From: Tubulanus polymorphus | Lineage: Eukaryota; Animalia; Nemertea | Assembly: GCF_964204645.1 (NCBI RefSeq) | Contig: NC_134025.1 | Span: forward strand, 19,443,101-19,507,100 | Length of the DNA stretch: 64,000 nucleotides | Direction of reading: 5' to 3' | Part shown: one piece after another, positions 1 to 14,410 of the stretch | Layout: the number at the start of each line of letters is the position of its first letter | How positions within the stretch are numbered: position 1 is the first letter of the stretch | Program-made: the position numbers and the translations under genes | Notes under the pieces: generated by a model | Told to the model about the DNA's origin: nothing | Database searches by the model: none | Seen by the model: the letters and a program-made list of their open reading frames with translations, nothing else

Positions 1-739
1 TGCTCATGTCTAAACATGTATTTCAAATTCTTAACATCACTGGAATATATTTAAATTTAAAAGTATTATATGTAATTTTCAACACCACAGCCATTGTTGT
101 TCGCCAAAATCAGCTCTTGTTACTCACTTTTTTGACGCCTTATAAAACGTTACCATTATGAAACCTAAACAATGTTAACCATTCAGCGTATTTTTACAAA
201 CAACAACCGTAAATCGATGTGCAAAACGTCACAGGTTTATGTCTACACATACAAGCTATTTGGCAAAATATTATTGATAAAGATGTAGAATGGCTCCCTG
301 TGATTATATAATGACCTCTATTTGAACGTCGAAATGTTATATTGCATTGAATATCATGATAAGACGTATTGTAATAGTAAATGATGTATGATTATATCAG
401 CAGCGGCAGGCATAAATAGAAATGATAAGTAAATCGGATTATTTGGTTAAATGGCGGATGTATACACGATTTGGAAGTCTGATATAAAAGTCAGACCCTG
501 ACATGGGGATGCTAGTGGAATGACGAAGCTATCTACGATCTGAGTAGGGCCGGCGTGAATTTCATCGGCGGCTACAAGCGGTCTATATAAAAACGTGTAA
601 ACAAATAATTTCAATATTCAAATGTTTTAGAAAATATGTTCGATATTAGGGGTATGCAGGTTTCACGAGATTCGCAATCTATAATAGCATAGCTGTCATA
701 TACGGCTCCGCGTCCACTGATGGCATGTGTATAAGGTGA

Positions 740-1085
740 CAATTTAATTCAATACTTTATTGATCCTTATTACATTGAAATTCCGGGATGAAATTCCCAA
801 ATTCAATAAAGTTACAAATTTTAGAATAAGAAAATACAAAATACAAGACACATGGGTAATTGATACAGAATAACAATAATAAGTTTTTTAAATGACGATG
901 TCTACTTCAACCCAGACCCAAGTCTAGGATATCGAGTGACAGCCAAACCGGGCCCCGGGACCGGGCCGGCTGACTACACGATATGCTCGAAGCGGACTTC
1001 AGAAGAGCTCTTTCTTCAACCATGGAGGCAATGAAGTTCCAGACCAGCTTAGAGCAAAAGTGAATCGAAGTCGGTCACAAGTTGA
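740..1085 (-). mobile_element. Probable LINE 3' end
   Basis: Coding-like GC-richer block followed on the minus strand by a T-rich UTR, AATAAAG and a TGAAT-like tail. Confidence 0.35.
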
Positions 1086-2062
1086 CAATTTTTTTTTAAA
1101 TTAGACCAGTCGAAGACTGTATCATCTACCCAATCGCCAAATCTCATAGTTCCCCAAATTTCTTAAAACTTCGATTTCAAATTTGCAATTCCACATTAGC
1201 TTATCCCAGAAATTCTACATTTTTTCGCAGGCGTCAAATAATTTATTAAAGTTAATTTTCTTGTTAAGTTTTTGAGGGAAATTCAGAAGATGCTTTGATC
1301 AATATCCATTTCATATGTATGTCATTATAAGAAAAATTAAGTTGATAGAACATAGATGGCTGTCCCATCACGACCTTTTTGTGCCCAAATAGGTCATATT
1401 TGGTAGAGACCTGTAGCTTACTTTTGAGTAGTTGGTACCATTATTTATGATACGTGACCATCGAGTGGCCGCCCATGCCTGAGATATTCAGTCAAATTCT
1501 TGGGTGACCACCATAATTTTTCTTCAACCATCAAGTGGCATTCATATTTTAGTATAGCCGTTTGATGGACGATTGAATCTAGTTTAAAAAAAATAGAACT
1601 TTTATTTTATTATATTCAGTAGTTTTTAAAATATTAGAAAGATAAGGACGATTTTTGCCGTCTCTAGGCGCTGCCATTTTGCAACCGATCTTCAGTTCGT
1701 TGTAGCTCAAATCATGATTTATCAATATTTTATTGTTTTGTACGAAAGTTGTTCTGCAATGGAACCTTCCATAGATGTATTTGAATAAGTTTCAACTGGT
1801 ATTGATAGAACGAATCTGTTGCTGAAAAACAACCCATCTGATTGGTTGAATATATGGACTGGTTGCCCTTTAGTGGCAACCTGTCCCCCAGAAAATCGTG
1901 TAATAGATCAATGAAGGGTATGCGGCCAAGGTTTTTGTTGGCGTGAACTTCGGCAGGATGCAATCAAACCATGCCGAGCAAAAGTGACCATAGTTTGAAT
2001 TTGTACACAAGCCAGGGATGAAAATCTTCTGCGAATCCGCAGATTTCCACCGTTGGTGGTCC

Positions 2063-3760
2063 AATTCATGTAAAATCGCGGTACGTTTTTTTTATGTGAG
2101 CATTTGTTTCATTGGTTCTCGGCTTAAACGACGTTTAATCGATGCGATTGAAGACATGGTGAACCTCCGTCGATGACATGGTCAACGACGTTGAAATTCT
2201 ATGAAAAACTGTTTTTGGCGGGAAAATTCTTAGCTCTCGCGTATAGAATTGCAATGACCTCGATTGGGGGCGTCGTCTCTGTGAGCGAATGGGATTGGCT
2301 GTTTTGGGGATACACGGGGAATTCCGGCGCTACTAAAATAATTATGGGAAAGCCACAGAATGGCGTACGTTTCATTGGACTAAGTGCCGTAGTGCGAATT
2401 TCAAATGCTCATTGCTGGTGAGGATGTAATTATTTCACACATCCGCCATAGGTATTGTTTCATTTTAATAACCGGTGATTGTTTTGTTTGAAATTGAGGT
2501 GTAAGCGAATATTCACTTACACGAGGCCTCCACATGCATGCGGAGTGCTACACCACACACACACAAGCTCGTACAGTACACTACTAAGGGTGATGCTGTA
2601 ACGCGTGCACGTTTGACATGAAAATAGGCTGAATAATCGTAGCAGATGATGAGCGCTGTGTTTTCTGTTTCAATAGAATTTGTAATAAATTGTAATTTAT
2701 TATGACTTGAAAATACTAAGCAGCAAACTATAAGGTCTGTCGAGGTCTGAATATTGTAGTGGTAAATTCCTGGATTTAAAACGATCTAATAGCCGATTTC
2801 TTCAGTACCGGTATTTTAGCTTCGCGGCCAACATTGGAAGAGGTTTCCAAGACCCAATATTCAGCCACCCTCTGATATGTGACATCATATGAATTTTAGG
2901 CCATCCCAAAATGATGGTCTGTTTGCCGTAACCCGACCGACCCGACTTCAAAGGTACCGAGTGAAACTTTTTTTCTGGGATTCATTGAAATAAATTTTAT
3001 TTTTGATAAAAACGGCCGACCGACGTATGAGCTACGTATGTTTGAATTCAAGTGTGCATCGCGTGAAAACATGCCTTGACATGTGGCCTAGTTTAAGTTT
3101 TCCAGGAAACTGGCAGTGTTCCAATAAGCTGCCATTCATTCTAATAGTGTATATTAGAAATAATATAAATATAATTATATTTTAAAGCTGGTAACGTAAA
3201 AGCGCGCGCATATTCAATGTACTGTTTCATTTTTAACACAGAGATGACGCTCTGGACGAAGTTATAATTTTAGAATAATTCTTGAAATCTATGCTATTAA
3301 ACAAATTTCCCGTGCACAACGTAGATGATTTGTTGCGATATTGTTTCCATGTAAAAAAAGGACAAAGGTGAAAAATTTGTTTTTTTTGCCCAAAAATTTT
3401 GTTAAAAAAGATTTCTACCTACCTATTCTGAAAAGTTGAGTCAGTATTACGGCAAACAGACAATTATTATTTTGGGATGGCCTTATTTGAATATTTTTTC
3501 ATATTGTGAAACATATTTTTTTGAAAATATAAAATAGTTTCCCTGCCGAGCCTACCTTTACCCTACACAATTTTGGACGTGGACCGTAAACAAATGTATA
3601 TCTTTGGTCTTATTTGACTACAAAATAATTCTTAAAGAAAGATAATATACAATATAAACTTGTGGATTTTTGAGGTCACGAATTAAATGATTTTTCAAGC
3701 AATGTCCTTATTCCAAACAACATCTAGCTTTCAAGGTAAACCACACTTTGCCCATGGGAA
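2063..3760 (+). repeat. Dispersed repeat, copy A (paralog at ~14903-17220)
   Basis: 2063-2350 matches 14903-15195; 2370-2895 matches 16435-16945; 3485-3760 matches 16946-17222. Confidence 0.8.
2899..3482. mobile_element. PIF/Harbinger-like MITE
   Basis: TIR GGCCATCCCAAAAT..TCTGTTTGCCGTAA; TTA TSD; empty site visible in the paralogous repeat at ~16935-16955. Confidence 0.85.
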
Positions 3761-6087
3761 ATTTATCACTCTTGAGATGGATGTAGATCCGTTGAGAAAA
3801 TGATAGGGGGGGGGGGGTTAGGGTCTTGGGGAAAAGGTTGATGTTAGATCATGGCGTACTTAAAGAACAGACCGTAAAAGCGTCTCATAAAACCGGTGCT
3901 ACGATCTCTGAAATCTTTTTTATAAAACATCATTGCGAAACACCGCTGTTGTCTTGAACCACTGTGCTGATTAATAATATATATACATGCAATAGTGCTC
4001 AATAAAAGTAGTCATTGTTTTAATTCAGGCGCAATACGCTTGGCTTGACTGATAGATTGGAAAGTTATAGATAGGGGCTCCTCTTGACAAGTTCATTTAT
4101 TGACAAGTTCATTTAAGTATGAACATGTTCTAGTGATTTAGATATCGTCGGACATAAACAACGAACGATCAACCGCGTGGCAGCAGTCTTATTTTGTCAT
4201 TGCAAAATGGGTCTCAGATAAGTCCCAAAAAGTCCTTGAAATTTCAAAATTTTCTTGGGGGGGCTCCCACACCTCCCTTTAGGGGCTTCGCACCTTCAGT
4301 GCTCGCGGCTGCTAGTTAGCCTCTAATACTTTATTTCAAATTTTTTTCGCATTTTTTCCGCGTTTTTTAAACGCTTGTGTTTTCATCCCTGACAAGCACA
4401 TCATAAATTTACCGAAATATTTCAAGAGAAATTATTCAAGAATTTGTGTCTGAAATTTTATGTGAAGATGGAAACCCTCAGGGATTTGCTATGGTCTATG
4501 ATGATCATCTTTAAACCATTAATTGCTTGGATCTGTAAAAAAAATGAAGGTCCCAACTGTACCGGTTTGGGCGAAGTCTATTGTAGTTTCGCACGCTCGC
4601 TTATAAATGAATGTATTCTATGCCCCCATATTCATTTCAAACTTGGTACACAAGAAGGGTATCACTTGGGCCAAAACCTATTTGAAATTGGATCGATTTG
4701 ATTCAAATTATGGCCGCCAGGGGATGACCTAAAAAACAACATTAACAGCCTAGAGGCCGCAATTGACTGATTCAAATTATGGCCATCAGGGGAAAACAGC
4801 CTAGAGGCTGCAATGCAACTGTTGGTCAATTTTTTACACTTTGTACACATGTTCTCTAATATCATTCTAATAGAAATAATTGTGGGCTCGATATTTCTAA
4901 TGCATTTACCACAAACCCTGTAACTTCACGTGGCCGTGAATTTCAGGACGGGGGCATTTGAGGCTTTGCCTCATTCTAGTTTCATTTGAAATACATGGAT
5001 GACCCTCTGAGTATTAGTTATAAAATAACTGTTGTAAAATTTCTCCTCAAACCTAGACTATAGATGTATTTCCCATGCATAAAGTTGATTCATGGTATTG
5101 TTTTTCGATAAAAAAATTTTGCCCTCAAGTTGAAAAAAAAAAAATTTTACCTATGTACACAGAAAACTTCAGTGTTAGCAGACAATTATTTTGGGATGGC
5201 CTCAATTGCAGAATTGTAGCTCATCACAGTTCTATGATTGCTGTGAGTTTCAAGGTCATTGATTTAGGAAGCATCTCAAAATTTTGATAGAGGTTTCGAT
5301 TAGAATAAGTTCTGAAGTGTGTGTGGGGGTTGAAAGCCTCTTGCCGATTTGTCATTAATCAAAAAAGTTGTTTGAGAAAAAGTGCACTCGTCCCAAGAAA
5401 TTTATGGAGGCCTATTTGTTTATAAAGTTTAATAGGGTTTTTCGCAACATTTTCCGTGATTTTAGGCCAGGCCTAGGCAGAGCCTATTATTATACAAATG
5501 GAACGAATTTAAAGGACATTGTTTCCAGAGCTAAGGCCCTTTGATTGAGCAACTGAGCATATATTCATACAAATCATTCATTAAAGCATTATCCTTTCTC
5601 CAATTCTTAGGGAACATAATTTTGAAAAAGGGCTTTGTTGAAATTTACATGAGGTTAATTGCGAAAATCTGAACTCAAATATCAGTTAAAAAGGCCAATC
5701 AGATGCAAAGTCTCCTCTACGATTGGCTTAACCACAGAAATCAGCAGGGTGTTCATGTGAACCCGCGGTAGCGTCTACTGTTTTACATCGTCTTATTTTA
5801 AGAAAATATCATTGACATTGTGTACGGTTCGAGAAAAATAGCTTTTTTAATCGGATTGATGACCTTGATATGCTAATTAGCCATGAGCTCGAATTACAAA
5901 TCCCATCAAATTTTTTCTGTCAAAAATGTCAAATCCAATTCAATAATACTTTATTTAACAAATAAATCATCAAATTCAATTGTATTTTATTGAACAAATA
6001 TACTTTAAAATAAAATTATAATTATAAATATAGCTGCAAAGCAGCGATAACGGGTTTTCTGCACAGTCTTAGAATCCTGTTCAACGG

Positions 6088-6310
6088 TGGATTTCAACAA
6101 AGCATTTGATAAGGCTCAACATCAGCCATTACTAAACAGGCTATTAGGAAACAGTATCAATGATAGGTCGCCCAAATGGCTCAGCAGTTATCTCTGAACG
6201 GAAACTTGTAACCGAAATCAACGGAACGCCTCATCTTGGAATGAGACGGTCTAACTAGTGGAGTCACGCAAGGTAGTATCCTAAGTCGTCTTCTGTTTAA
6301 TGTCCTGACA
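6088..6310 (+). mobile_element. Degenerate LINE (CR1/L2/Jockey-type) reverse transcriptase fragment
   Basis: VDFNKAFDKAQHQPLL...SGVTQGSILSRLLF motifs. Confidence 0.65.
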
Positions 6311-6411
6311 AATGCCATACACAGTAATCCAAAATATACCAGACCGAGTAAATTTCCAAAACGACCTTAACACACTGTTCGACCAAAAAACTTAATGTTC
6401 CGGCAAAACCA

Positions 6412-9400
6412 CGGGTGACAAAACCAAAATTATGAATTGTCGCGGGTGACAAAACCGAAATATTGAATTGTCACGGGCGACAAAACAAAAATAATGAATT
6501 GTCGCGGGCGATAAAACCAAAATAATGAATTGTCGGGGGCGATAAAACCAAAATATTGAATTGTCGCGGGCGATAACACCAAAATAATGAATTGTCGCGG
6601 ACGACAAAAACAAAATATTGAATTGTCGCATGCGACAAAACCAAAATAATGAATTGTCGCGGGCGACAAAACCAAACTAGGGGTCCAGGGACACCATGCT
6701 CACTTGGGAAGTGGTTTCAAATGCTCAACAATCTAACAATTTCAATACATAACGCCCTCTAGTGACAATATACAAAAACCAATGACCTTGAAACCCACCA
6801 CAATCATAGAACATGTGAGCAGCTATGATTTTGTAATGGATTGTGATAACAAAATATGCCTCGTTACCAATTTAATATGGAAATACTAAGTTATTCTACT
6901 ATTCAACGCCCCCTGGTGACCATATGCAAAACCCAATGACCTTAAAACTCACCCCAATCGTAGTACATGTCATGAAATACAACTTTGCAATTGATCATAG
7001 TAACAAAATATGCCTAGGTACCAATCTAATAAGGAAATACTAAGCCATTCTACTATTCAACGCCCCCTGGTGACTATATGGAATAACTAATGTCCTTAAA
7101 AACTCACCACAATCATAGACGATGTCATGAACTACAACTTTGCAATTGATCATGGTAACAAAATATGCCTTGGTACAAATATAGCAATACTAAGTTATTG
7201 TATTATTCAACGACCCCTGATGGCCACATACAAAAACCAATGACCTTGAAACTCACCAAAATCATAGAACACGTTATGGGCTGCAACTTTCCAATTGAAT
7301 ATAGTAACACAATATGCTTAGGTATCAATTTAATGTGGAAAAACTTTTTCCCACCTACGAATGAGTACTGATGACACCAAGATGGCCGCCAATTGGGTCA
7401 TAATTGGCTGATCAAAGATACCTGTCCCAGGTATAAAACATCCCTCTCTAAAGAATACCCATCAGCAATTGCAATGAGAAATGGCAAACCAGTAGGAAGC
7501 TACGTGACCTAGAATTCTGGCCAAAATTGACATTTTTGGGCACTAAAAAGGTCATAGGACGGCCATCTTGAGTCAGATCGACCCAATTTTCTTATGCTGA
7601 TGGGCCTTTGGTAGATTCAAATATAAACGAAAGACCAAGGTAATTGATCAAAGCGTCTTCAAAATTTCCCACGAAAACTTTGAAAATGTTTAAAAAGTGC
7701 TGATTTTGGCAAACAACAATGGCTGCCAGTCGGCCATCTTAAATCTGACAGGGCCAGTTTTTGGGCTGACGATGTGTCTAGGGTAGATACATGTATAAAC
7801 CAAATATCAAGACATTACCTTGAAGCGTCTTCAAAACTTCCCAAAATAACTGGATTCCGTCTATGGACGGACGGACGGACGAAAAGTGAACGCAATAGCC
7901 CGCTGGGACTAAAGTCCCAAGTGGACTGAAAAATAATTGTCGCGGGCGACAAAACCAAAATATTGAATTGTCGTGGGCGACAAAACCAAACTAATAAATT
8001 GTCGCGGGCGATAAAACAAAACTAATGAATTGTCGCGGGCGATAAAACAAAAATATTGAATTGTCGCGGGCAATAAAACCAAAATAATGAATCGTCGCAG
8101 GCGATAAAATCAAAATAATGAATTGTCACGGGCGACAAAACCAAAATAATGAATCGTCTCGGGCAACAAAAACAAAACATTGAATTGTCGCGGGCGAGAA
8201 AATCAAAATAATGAATTGTCGCGGGCGACAAAACCAAAATAATGAATTGTCGCGGGCGATAAAAACAAAATATTGAATTGTTGTGGGTGATAAAACCAAA
8301 ATAATGAATTGTCGCGGGCGACAAAACCAAAATATTGAATTGTCGCTGGCGACAAAACCAAAAAAAAATTGGCACGGGCGATAAAAACAAAATATAAAAC
8401 CAAAATAATGAATTGTCGTGGGCGATAAAACCAAAATATTGAATTGTCGCGGGCGATAAAACCAAACTAATGAATTGTCGCGGCGATAAAACCAAAATAA
8501 TGAATTGTCGCAGGCGATAAAACCTAAATATTGAAGTGTCGCAGGCGATAAAACCGCGACAAAAAGAAAAAAAACTGTCGCGGGCGATAAAACCAAAATA
8601 ATGAATTGTCGCGGGCGACGCAAACAAAATATTCAATTGTCGCGACGACAAAACCAAACTAATGAATTGTCACGGGCGATAAAACCAAAATAATAAATTG
8701 TCGCAGGCGATAAAACCAAAAAAATGAATTGTCGCGGGCGATAAAACCAAAATCATGAATTGTCGCGGGCGACAAAACCAAAATATTCAATTGTCGCGGG
8801 CGACAAAACCAAACTAATGAATTGTCGCGGGCGATAAAACCAAAATAATGAATTGTCGCAGGCGATAAAACCAAAATATTGAAGTGTCACAGGCGATAAA
8901 ACCACGACAAAAAGAAAAAAAAACTGTCGCGGGCGATAAAACCAAAATAATGAATTGTCGCGGGCGATAAAACCAAAATATTGAATTGTCGTGGGCGACA
9001 AATCCAAAAAAATGAATTGTCGCGGGCGATAAAACCAAAATCTTGAATTGTCGCCATTGTCGCGTGCGACAAAGCCAAAATAATGAATTGTCGCGGGCGA
9101 TAAAACTAAAATAATGAATTGTCGCGGGCGATAAAACCAAATTATTGAATTGTCGCGGGCGATAAAACCAAAATAATGAATTGTCGCAGGCGATAAAACC
9201 AAAATATTGAAGTGTCGCAGGCGATAAAACCGCGACAAAAAGAAAAAAAAACTGTCATGGGCGATAAAACCAAAATAATGAATTGTCGCGGGCGATAAAA
9301 CCAAAATATTGAATTGTCGTGGGCGACAAATCCAAAAAAATGAATTGTCGCGGGCGATAAAACCAAAATCTTGAATTGTCGCCATTGTCGCGTGCGACAA

Positions 9401-9795
9401 AACCAAAATAATGAATTGTCGCGGGCGATAAAACCAAAATAATGAATTGTCGCGGGCGATAAAACCAAATTAATGAATTGTCGTGGGCGACAAAACCAAA
9501 ATATTGTTTTGTCGCGGGTGACAAAACCAAATTAATGAATTGTCGCGGGCGATAAAACCAAATTAGTGAATTGTCGCGGGCGATAAAACCAAAATAATGA
9601 ATTGGCGCGGGCGACAAAACCAAAATATTGAATTGTCGCGGGCGACAAATCCAAAAAATGAATTATCGCGGCAGAAAAACCAAAATCTTGAATTGTCGCG
9701 GGCGACAAAACCAAACTAATGCATTGTTGCGTGCGATAAAACCAAAATAATGAATTGTCGCGGGCGACAAAACCAAAATTATTGTTTTGTCGCGT
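6412..9795. repeat. ~30-bp minisatellite array (TTGTCGCGGGCGAYAAAACCAAAATAATGAA), interrupted at ~6676-7930
   Basis: Dozens of visible tandem units; they generate the repetitive minus-strand ORFs in the track. Confidence 0.95.
6676..7930 (+). mobile_element. Helentron/HINE-like non-autonomous element inserted in the minisatellite
   Basis: ACTAG start, 5' CACTTGGGA matching 3' TCCCAAGTG hairpin, ~120-bp internal repeats, (GGAC)n microsatellite, insertion in an A-run; close copy at 42902-44176. Confidence 0.7.
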
Positions 9796-11502
9796 TATTT
9801 TAGTTTTGTCGTTTGGTCATAATGTCGCCCTCATTTGCATATACGTGTTTTTTTTACGCATGGCCCTTATCAGCCACCATACTAAAGCCTTAAGGTCGCA
9901 TAAAACTCGATAAACACTTCAAGCGACACAGCGAACGATCTCCTTTCCCCCACAGCGAACGCTTAACCTAGTAGAGGCTACTAGCCTATGTAGGCCTTTG
10001 TATATGCGTAGGCCTAACATCCGGACAGATTGGTCGTAGGCCTATTGAATTTAACAACCCACCTAAATATCGTAAATTTTGTTTTGAAGTTCAATCCAAT
10101 GAGTCCGTTAATAAACGCAACAATTGTACTGTGTTTGTTTGAGACAGTAAAGGTCAGTACCGATAGGCCTAAAGCCGCGTCAAACTCGATAAACACTTCA
10201 AGCGACACAGCGAACGATCCCTTTCCCCACAGCGAACGCTTACTCCGAATGTCAAGTGTGAGTCCAGCATACGGATAGGATTGTGTTATATACTTGTATT
10301 TAGTAAATACCTTGTGCATTTGACAATGATCGGTATGTACTGTAGGAAATATAGAGTATTGATGCTATTGATATAGAGGTTGAAGCCCGCGGCCGAATAA
10401 AGTAATATATTCTTTTATTTTGATACCTCGTCGACATAACAGCTTTTCTCCGCTATATCTCTTCGGCGTGTTTTGTTTAGGCCTACGATTCCCCGGTACA
10501 CTAAAGATTTATCTTAGTAAATACACGGTTAATTCGGTAAAGAAAAATAGGTATTGTTATACTAACTCCTTGAAACCCGCAGCCAAATCACTGGTAGTAA
10601 TAAATTAATTTGTACTCGATTTGATTCTCATGATGAGGAGAAACTCGCAGCTGATCCCCGGAACGACGATGTAGTAACACACGTCGATTCGTCGATGTTT
10701 ACGGCTCGACAGTGCTTTTAAAATCTAAAGTAGTAAATTTCCAGTGTATCGGTAATATGATTTGATGAGGAAAATGGGCTATTGTTAAAATCACCGTTTG
10801 AAGACCGCGACTGAATTTGAAGTCTGCGGCAATAAATTAGTTCATTTATACTTGAATTGATAATCGAAGTGACAGTCGGCCTGCGGGTTGATTTCGGGAT
10901 GACGACTCGAAAAACATGTCGCCCCATTGAATGGGGCTAAATTTTCGAAGTTTACGGCCCGACAGCGCTTTTGTAACGATGATTCGTGAAAAAACACGCG
11001 GGCTATTTGTAGATCTCAGTGAGCTGAACGATATTATATGGATTGTATATGAAACAGCGGTAAGGTAACAAAGCCTATGTTCTTTTGGTAATAATAGTGT
11101 GGAAGAAAATAATAATAATAATAATCACGCGGATATCAATAGGGTTTTCTGTGAAATAACAGAAAACCCTAATAATATAATTAAAATTATATTCCACATT
11201 CAAAACAAGACAAATGGGAAAGATTGATCTAAGTATTAGTATCCTGTCATCTCTCCTATGCTCCTATCTGTGCTAATTTTGAAAACTCTATTGTACTGTG
11301 TGAATTATATTGATCAGGGAGTCTATTTTGACAAATATAAACCACAGATTGCATCATTTGCCATTTATGGTACATTCAAGTGGATCCTCCCCCCTAAAAA
11401 GCGCCCTTGTTCTTCCCACATCTCTTGATTTAACATAACTTGGAAGCAAACTATTTGATTATTGATATACATTGATTACAGTATGAAAACTTTTTTCCTT
11501 AG

Positions 11503-11652
11503 AATGAAGAGGACGAAGAAGAACCATCCGAAGAAGTTCACTCAAATTTTGTTTATTTTGATGGAGGAAACTATTGGTGTCGCCAATGTAACTCTATTCA
11601 TAAAACAATATTTGATTTCTTCCAGCATTTACACAGTAAAGGCCATGTGCAG
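11503..11652 (+). CDS. ZNF318: ZNF318-like protein, internal exon (first matrin-type C2H2 finger); upstream exons not found in window
   Basis: cttAG|...CAG|GTccg; translates NEEDEEEPSEEVHSNFVYFDGGNYWCRQCNSIHKTIFDFFQHLHSKGHVQ, resembling the ZNF318 motif YYDAGNHWCKDCNTICGTMFDFFTHMHNKKH. Confidence 0.85.
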
Positions 11653-11743
11653 GTCCGTTTAACCTCAGTTCACTCTCATGTGAATTTCAAATTATTCTTG
11701 GCAAGTATTTTTTCATGTATGTGTATTCAAAATTTCTTTGTAG

Positions 11744-11837
11744 GGAATGGATAAATACAATGTTCCATGGTTACCCGAGTCATTGAAAAATCCTAAGGTT
11801 GAGCCTATGAAAGATGTGCAGATGTTACCTATGAGAG
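11744..11837 (+). CDS. ZNF318: ZNF318-like protein, linker exon between the two zinc fingers
   Basis: tgtAG|GGA...AGAG|GTtag; GMDKYNVPWLPESLKNPKVEPMKDVQMLPMR(G), cf. ZNF318 LDPYNRPW...VPAKG; phases 0/1 fit neighbouring exons. Confidence 0.82.
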
Positions 11838-14410
11838 GTTAGTTGAAATGCAAAGAGCCAACTGGTCTAAGCTACGACTACATTTGCTTCTTATACCCAG
11901 GTTACGCATCTACAGTAGGCTCGAAACTCAGATTCAATGCTTTTCCACAAAACCTGGGTTTTAGAAACCCTTCTTGAGAAAGAAGGGTACACTCCGTGTT
12001 GAATCTGCATTCACATAAAACTACATTTTCTCTAGTGTAGATGCAGCGTTCAAGTGCCACAATTGACCTTGAACTTGGAATAAAGATGTGGATCCATTCT
12101 ACAGTAGACTCCGCTCAACTCGAATTCATTGGGACCAGAAAAAATCATAGAGTTAAGCGGAATTCGAGTTGGGGTTTTGACGAAATTGTTAAAAAATCAT
12201 TGAAAAATTTAACCTCAATAGAACATTCGATCCTACATAGTTTGTTTGACAATTAGATGCAAAATAAAAGTAAATTTTCTTGGTGCGATCCTACGTGGTT
12301 TGTTTGACAATAAGATGCAAAATAAAAGTAAATTTACTTGGTGCGAAGAAAAATGAACGATCATGAACTACCGCTTTACCGTAGCAAACTATAAGTGAAC
12401 GGGCAACAGGCCGTTAATTTTCGAGTATTTAGGATCGCTAACCAAGCTGGAGATTGTGTACGTACGAATGACTGAATGTCTCCATGAGCGATGTATTGTC
12501 TACTGCCGGGAGCCTACAATTCAAAGCAGAAAACACAGTAATGGATGTTTTAACCGATACTTGTTGCTGCTGGGAGGTCGTTAAGATATTCGAGTTGAGT
12601 GGAGTTTGAACGTAATTTTGGTAAAAAATGGTCCGAGTTGAACGAATATCCGAGTTGAGCAATTTTGAGTAGAGTTAATTTAAAGGTATGGTTTAACATA
12701 GGAGACGCGGGTTTTCATTGAACTCGCATCCATTGAAACGGGTTCAACAAGCTAGTATAGACATGGTTATATATTAGTTCGGAAATTCATACTGTAGACT
12801 TGGCCATCGCTATGGTCTCTACAGCGAAGATTTCAATGATAATTTAAGAAAAGTGAGAACTAAAAGTTGAAAAATCTAAATTGCATGAATGTATTGTGCA
12901 TTCATGTATAAAGGTGTTGCTTTGTAAACACTTAACAGATCAAAATTACACAAGTTTTGTAACTTTTTGAACTTTGGTGCTATAGGCTGACAACAGGTGC
13001 ACAGTTGCCATTCCCTGGAATTCTGGCGATTTTTTTTTGCCAATTTGGGAGTTTGGATTTTTGTTGGTGACATCATTCATTCCTGCGTGTCAGTTGTCGA
13101 CTTCTAAACACAGATCACGTTTCTAGAATCTGAGCTGCTAACACAGTTTTTCTCACAACAATATGTAGATACTACTGTAGACTAATGCATTGTATCTTAC
13201 AAAGGGTGTTGAATATTGAATTGTCAGTTTGTCATGCATTTCAGCAAGTGGGCATGGTGTCTCTAGACTCGTAGTTTCTCTTAGATTAGACCCTGCTGAC
13301 TGTATGCGAAATATGATCTTTCATCTAGATTTCTCATTCATTGGACCCAATTGATATGGATTGAGTGCTATGTGTTTCTTCATGATTTACTGCACTAAAA
13401 ATGTGATTTTATAGTGTCAAATAAAAGAATCACTAATCATGTCATGACAACGAATACCTAGCTTAGAATAGCTGACGTTCATCGTAATAGGCCCTTCAAA
13501 GTTGTTTCTCATCCTAACCTATTTTTTAAACATGGCAAGGGGCGAATATTTTGTTAATGAGCTTTTTTTTAGATAAAAAAGTGGAAATAAACTCATTTCA
13601 TATTTTCCAAGGAGACGAGGGCAGGAGGTTTTTGTGGTTGGTTCACGTAGTGAACGACCACTTAGCTATACTGTTGAAATGACGTCATGTTGTCTCCTAG
13701 GTCAGTCAAATTCTTACCACTCAGTTTTCTTCTCCATAACCACATAATGTCTACACCTTTCGCAGTATACAACTTATTTGTACTATGGAATGTTATACCA
13801 AGTTTATTGCGTTGTCCAATATTTCCGTCATTTGATGTAAAAGATTAACAGGATTCCTTGAACGATTATGGCTACACTATGGCGCACTTTTGGCGGCATG
13901 GCACTGCTATGTCGAGCGCGCTTGACGTGATTATGGAAAACCCACGCTCTGATTGGTTGTTTTTGGAATGTCAGCGCTTTTGATGTAATTATGGGAAACT
14001 GCGCTATGAGTGGCTGCTTTGGGAATGTCGGCGTAATCAGGGGAAACCCGCGTTCTGATTGGTTGTTACTAGTCAAAGTGCCGAAGTTTGACAAGTTTAG
14101 TCCTTTATATATGGTAATTGCTTTCTAGAAGGCAGTTTTTTTATCCTGACATATATGGATTTCATTAAACTTTGCCGATTAGTTTGTCTGATGCAAGAGG
14201 CTAACATGCGTGCTGTTCATTATCATCACTGAAGCACACACGCAGCTGAATGCTGACCGCATACGCATACAAACGTACCAGCCTATACATGTATAGCAGA
14301 CACGAGGTGCTATTGTGCTGACGCGCGCGTCCATACAAATGTATATTATCTCGCCGCTGTGAGTTGATGAATAAACAAAATAATGTAAGAATAACATTGG
14401 GAAGTGATTT

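Noticed and set aside
6392-9714. Many minus-strand ORFs of repeating VLSPATIHYFGFIARDNS
   Set aside because: Artefact of the ~30-bp minisatellite; open in several frames with no gene context.
6412-9795. CRISPR-like regular repeats (also 29128-30305)
   Set aside because: Units are head-to-tail with no unique spacers, there are no cas genes, and the context is eukaryotic.
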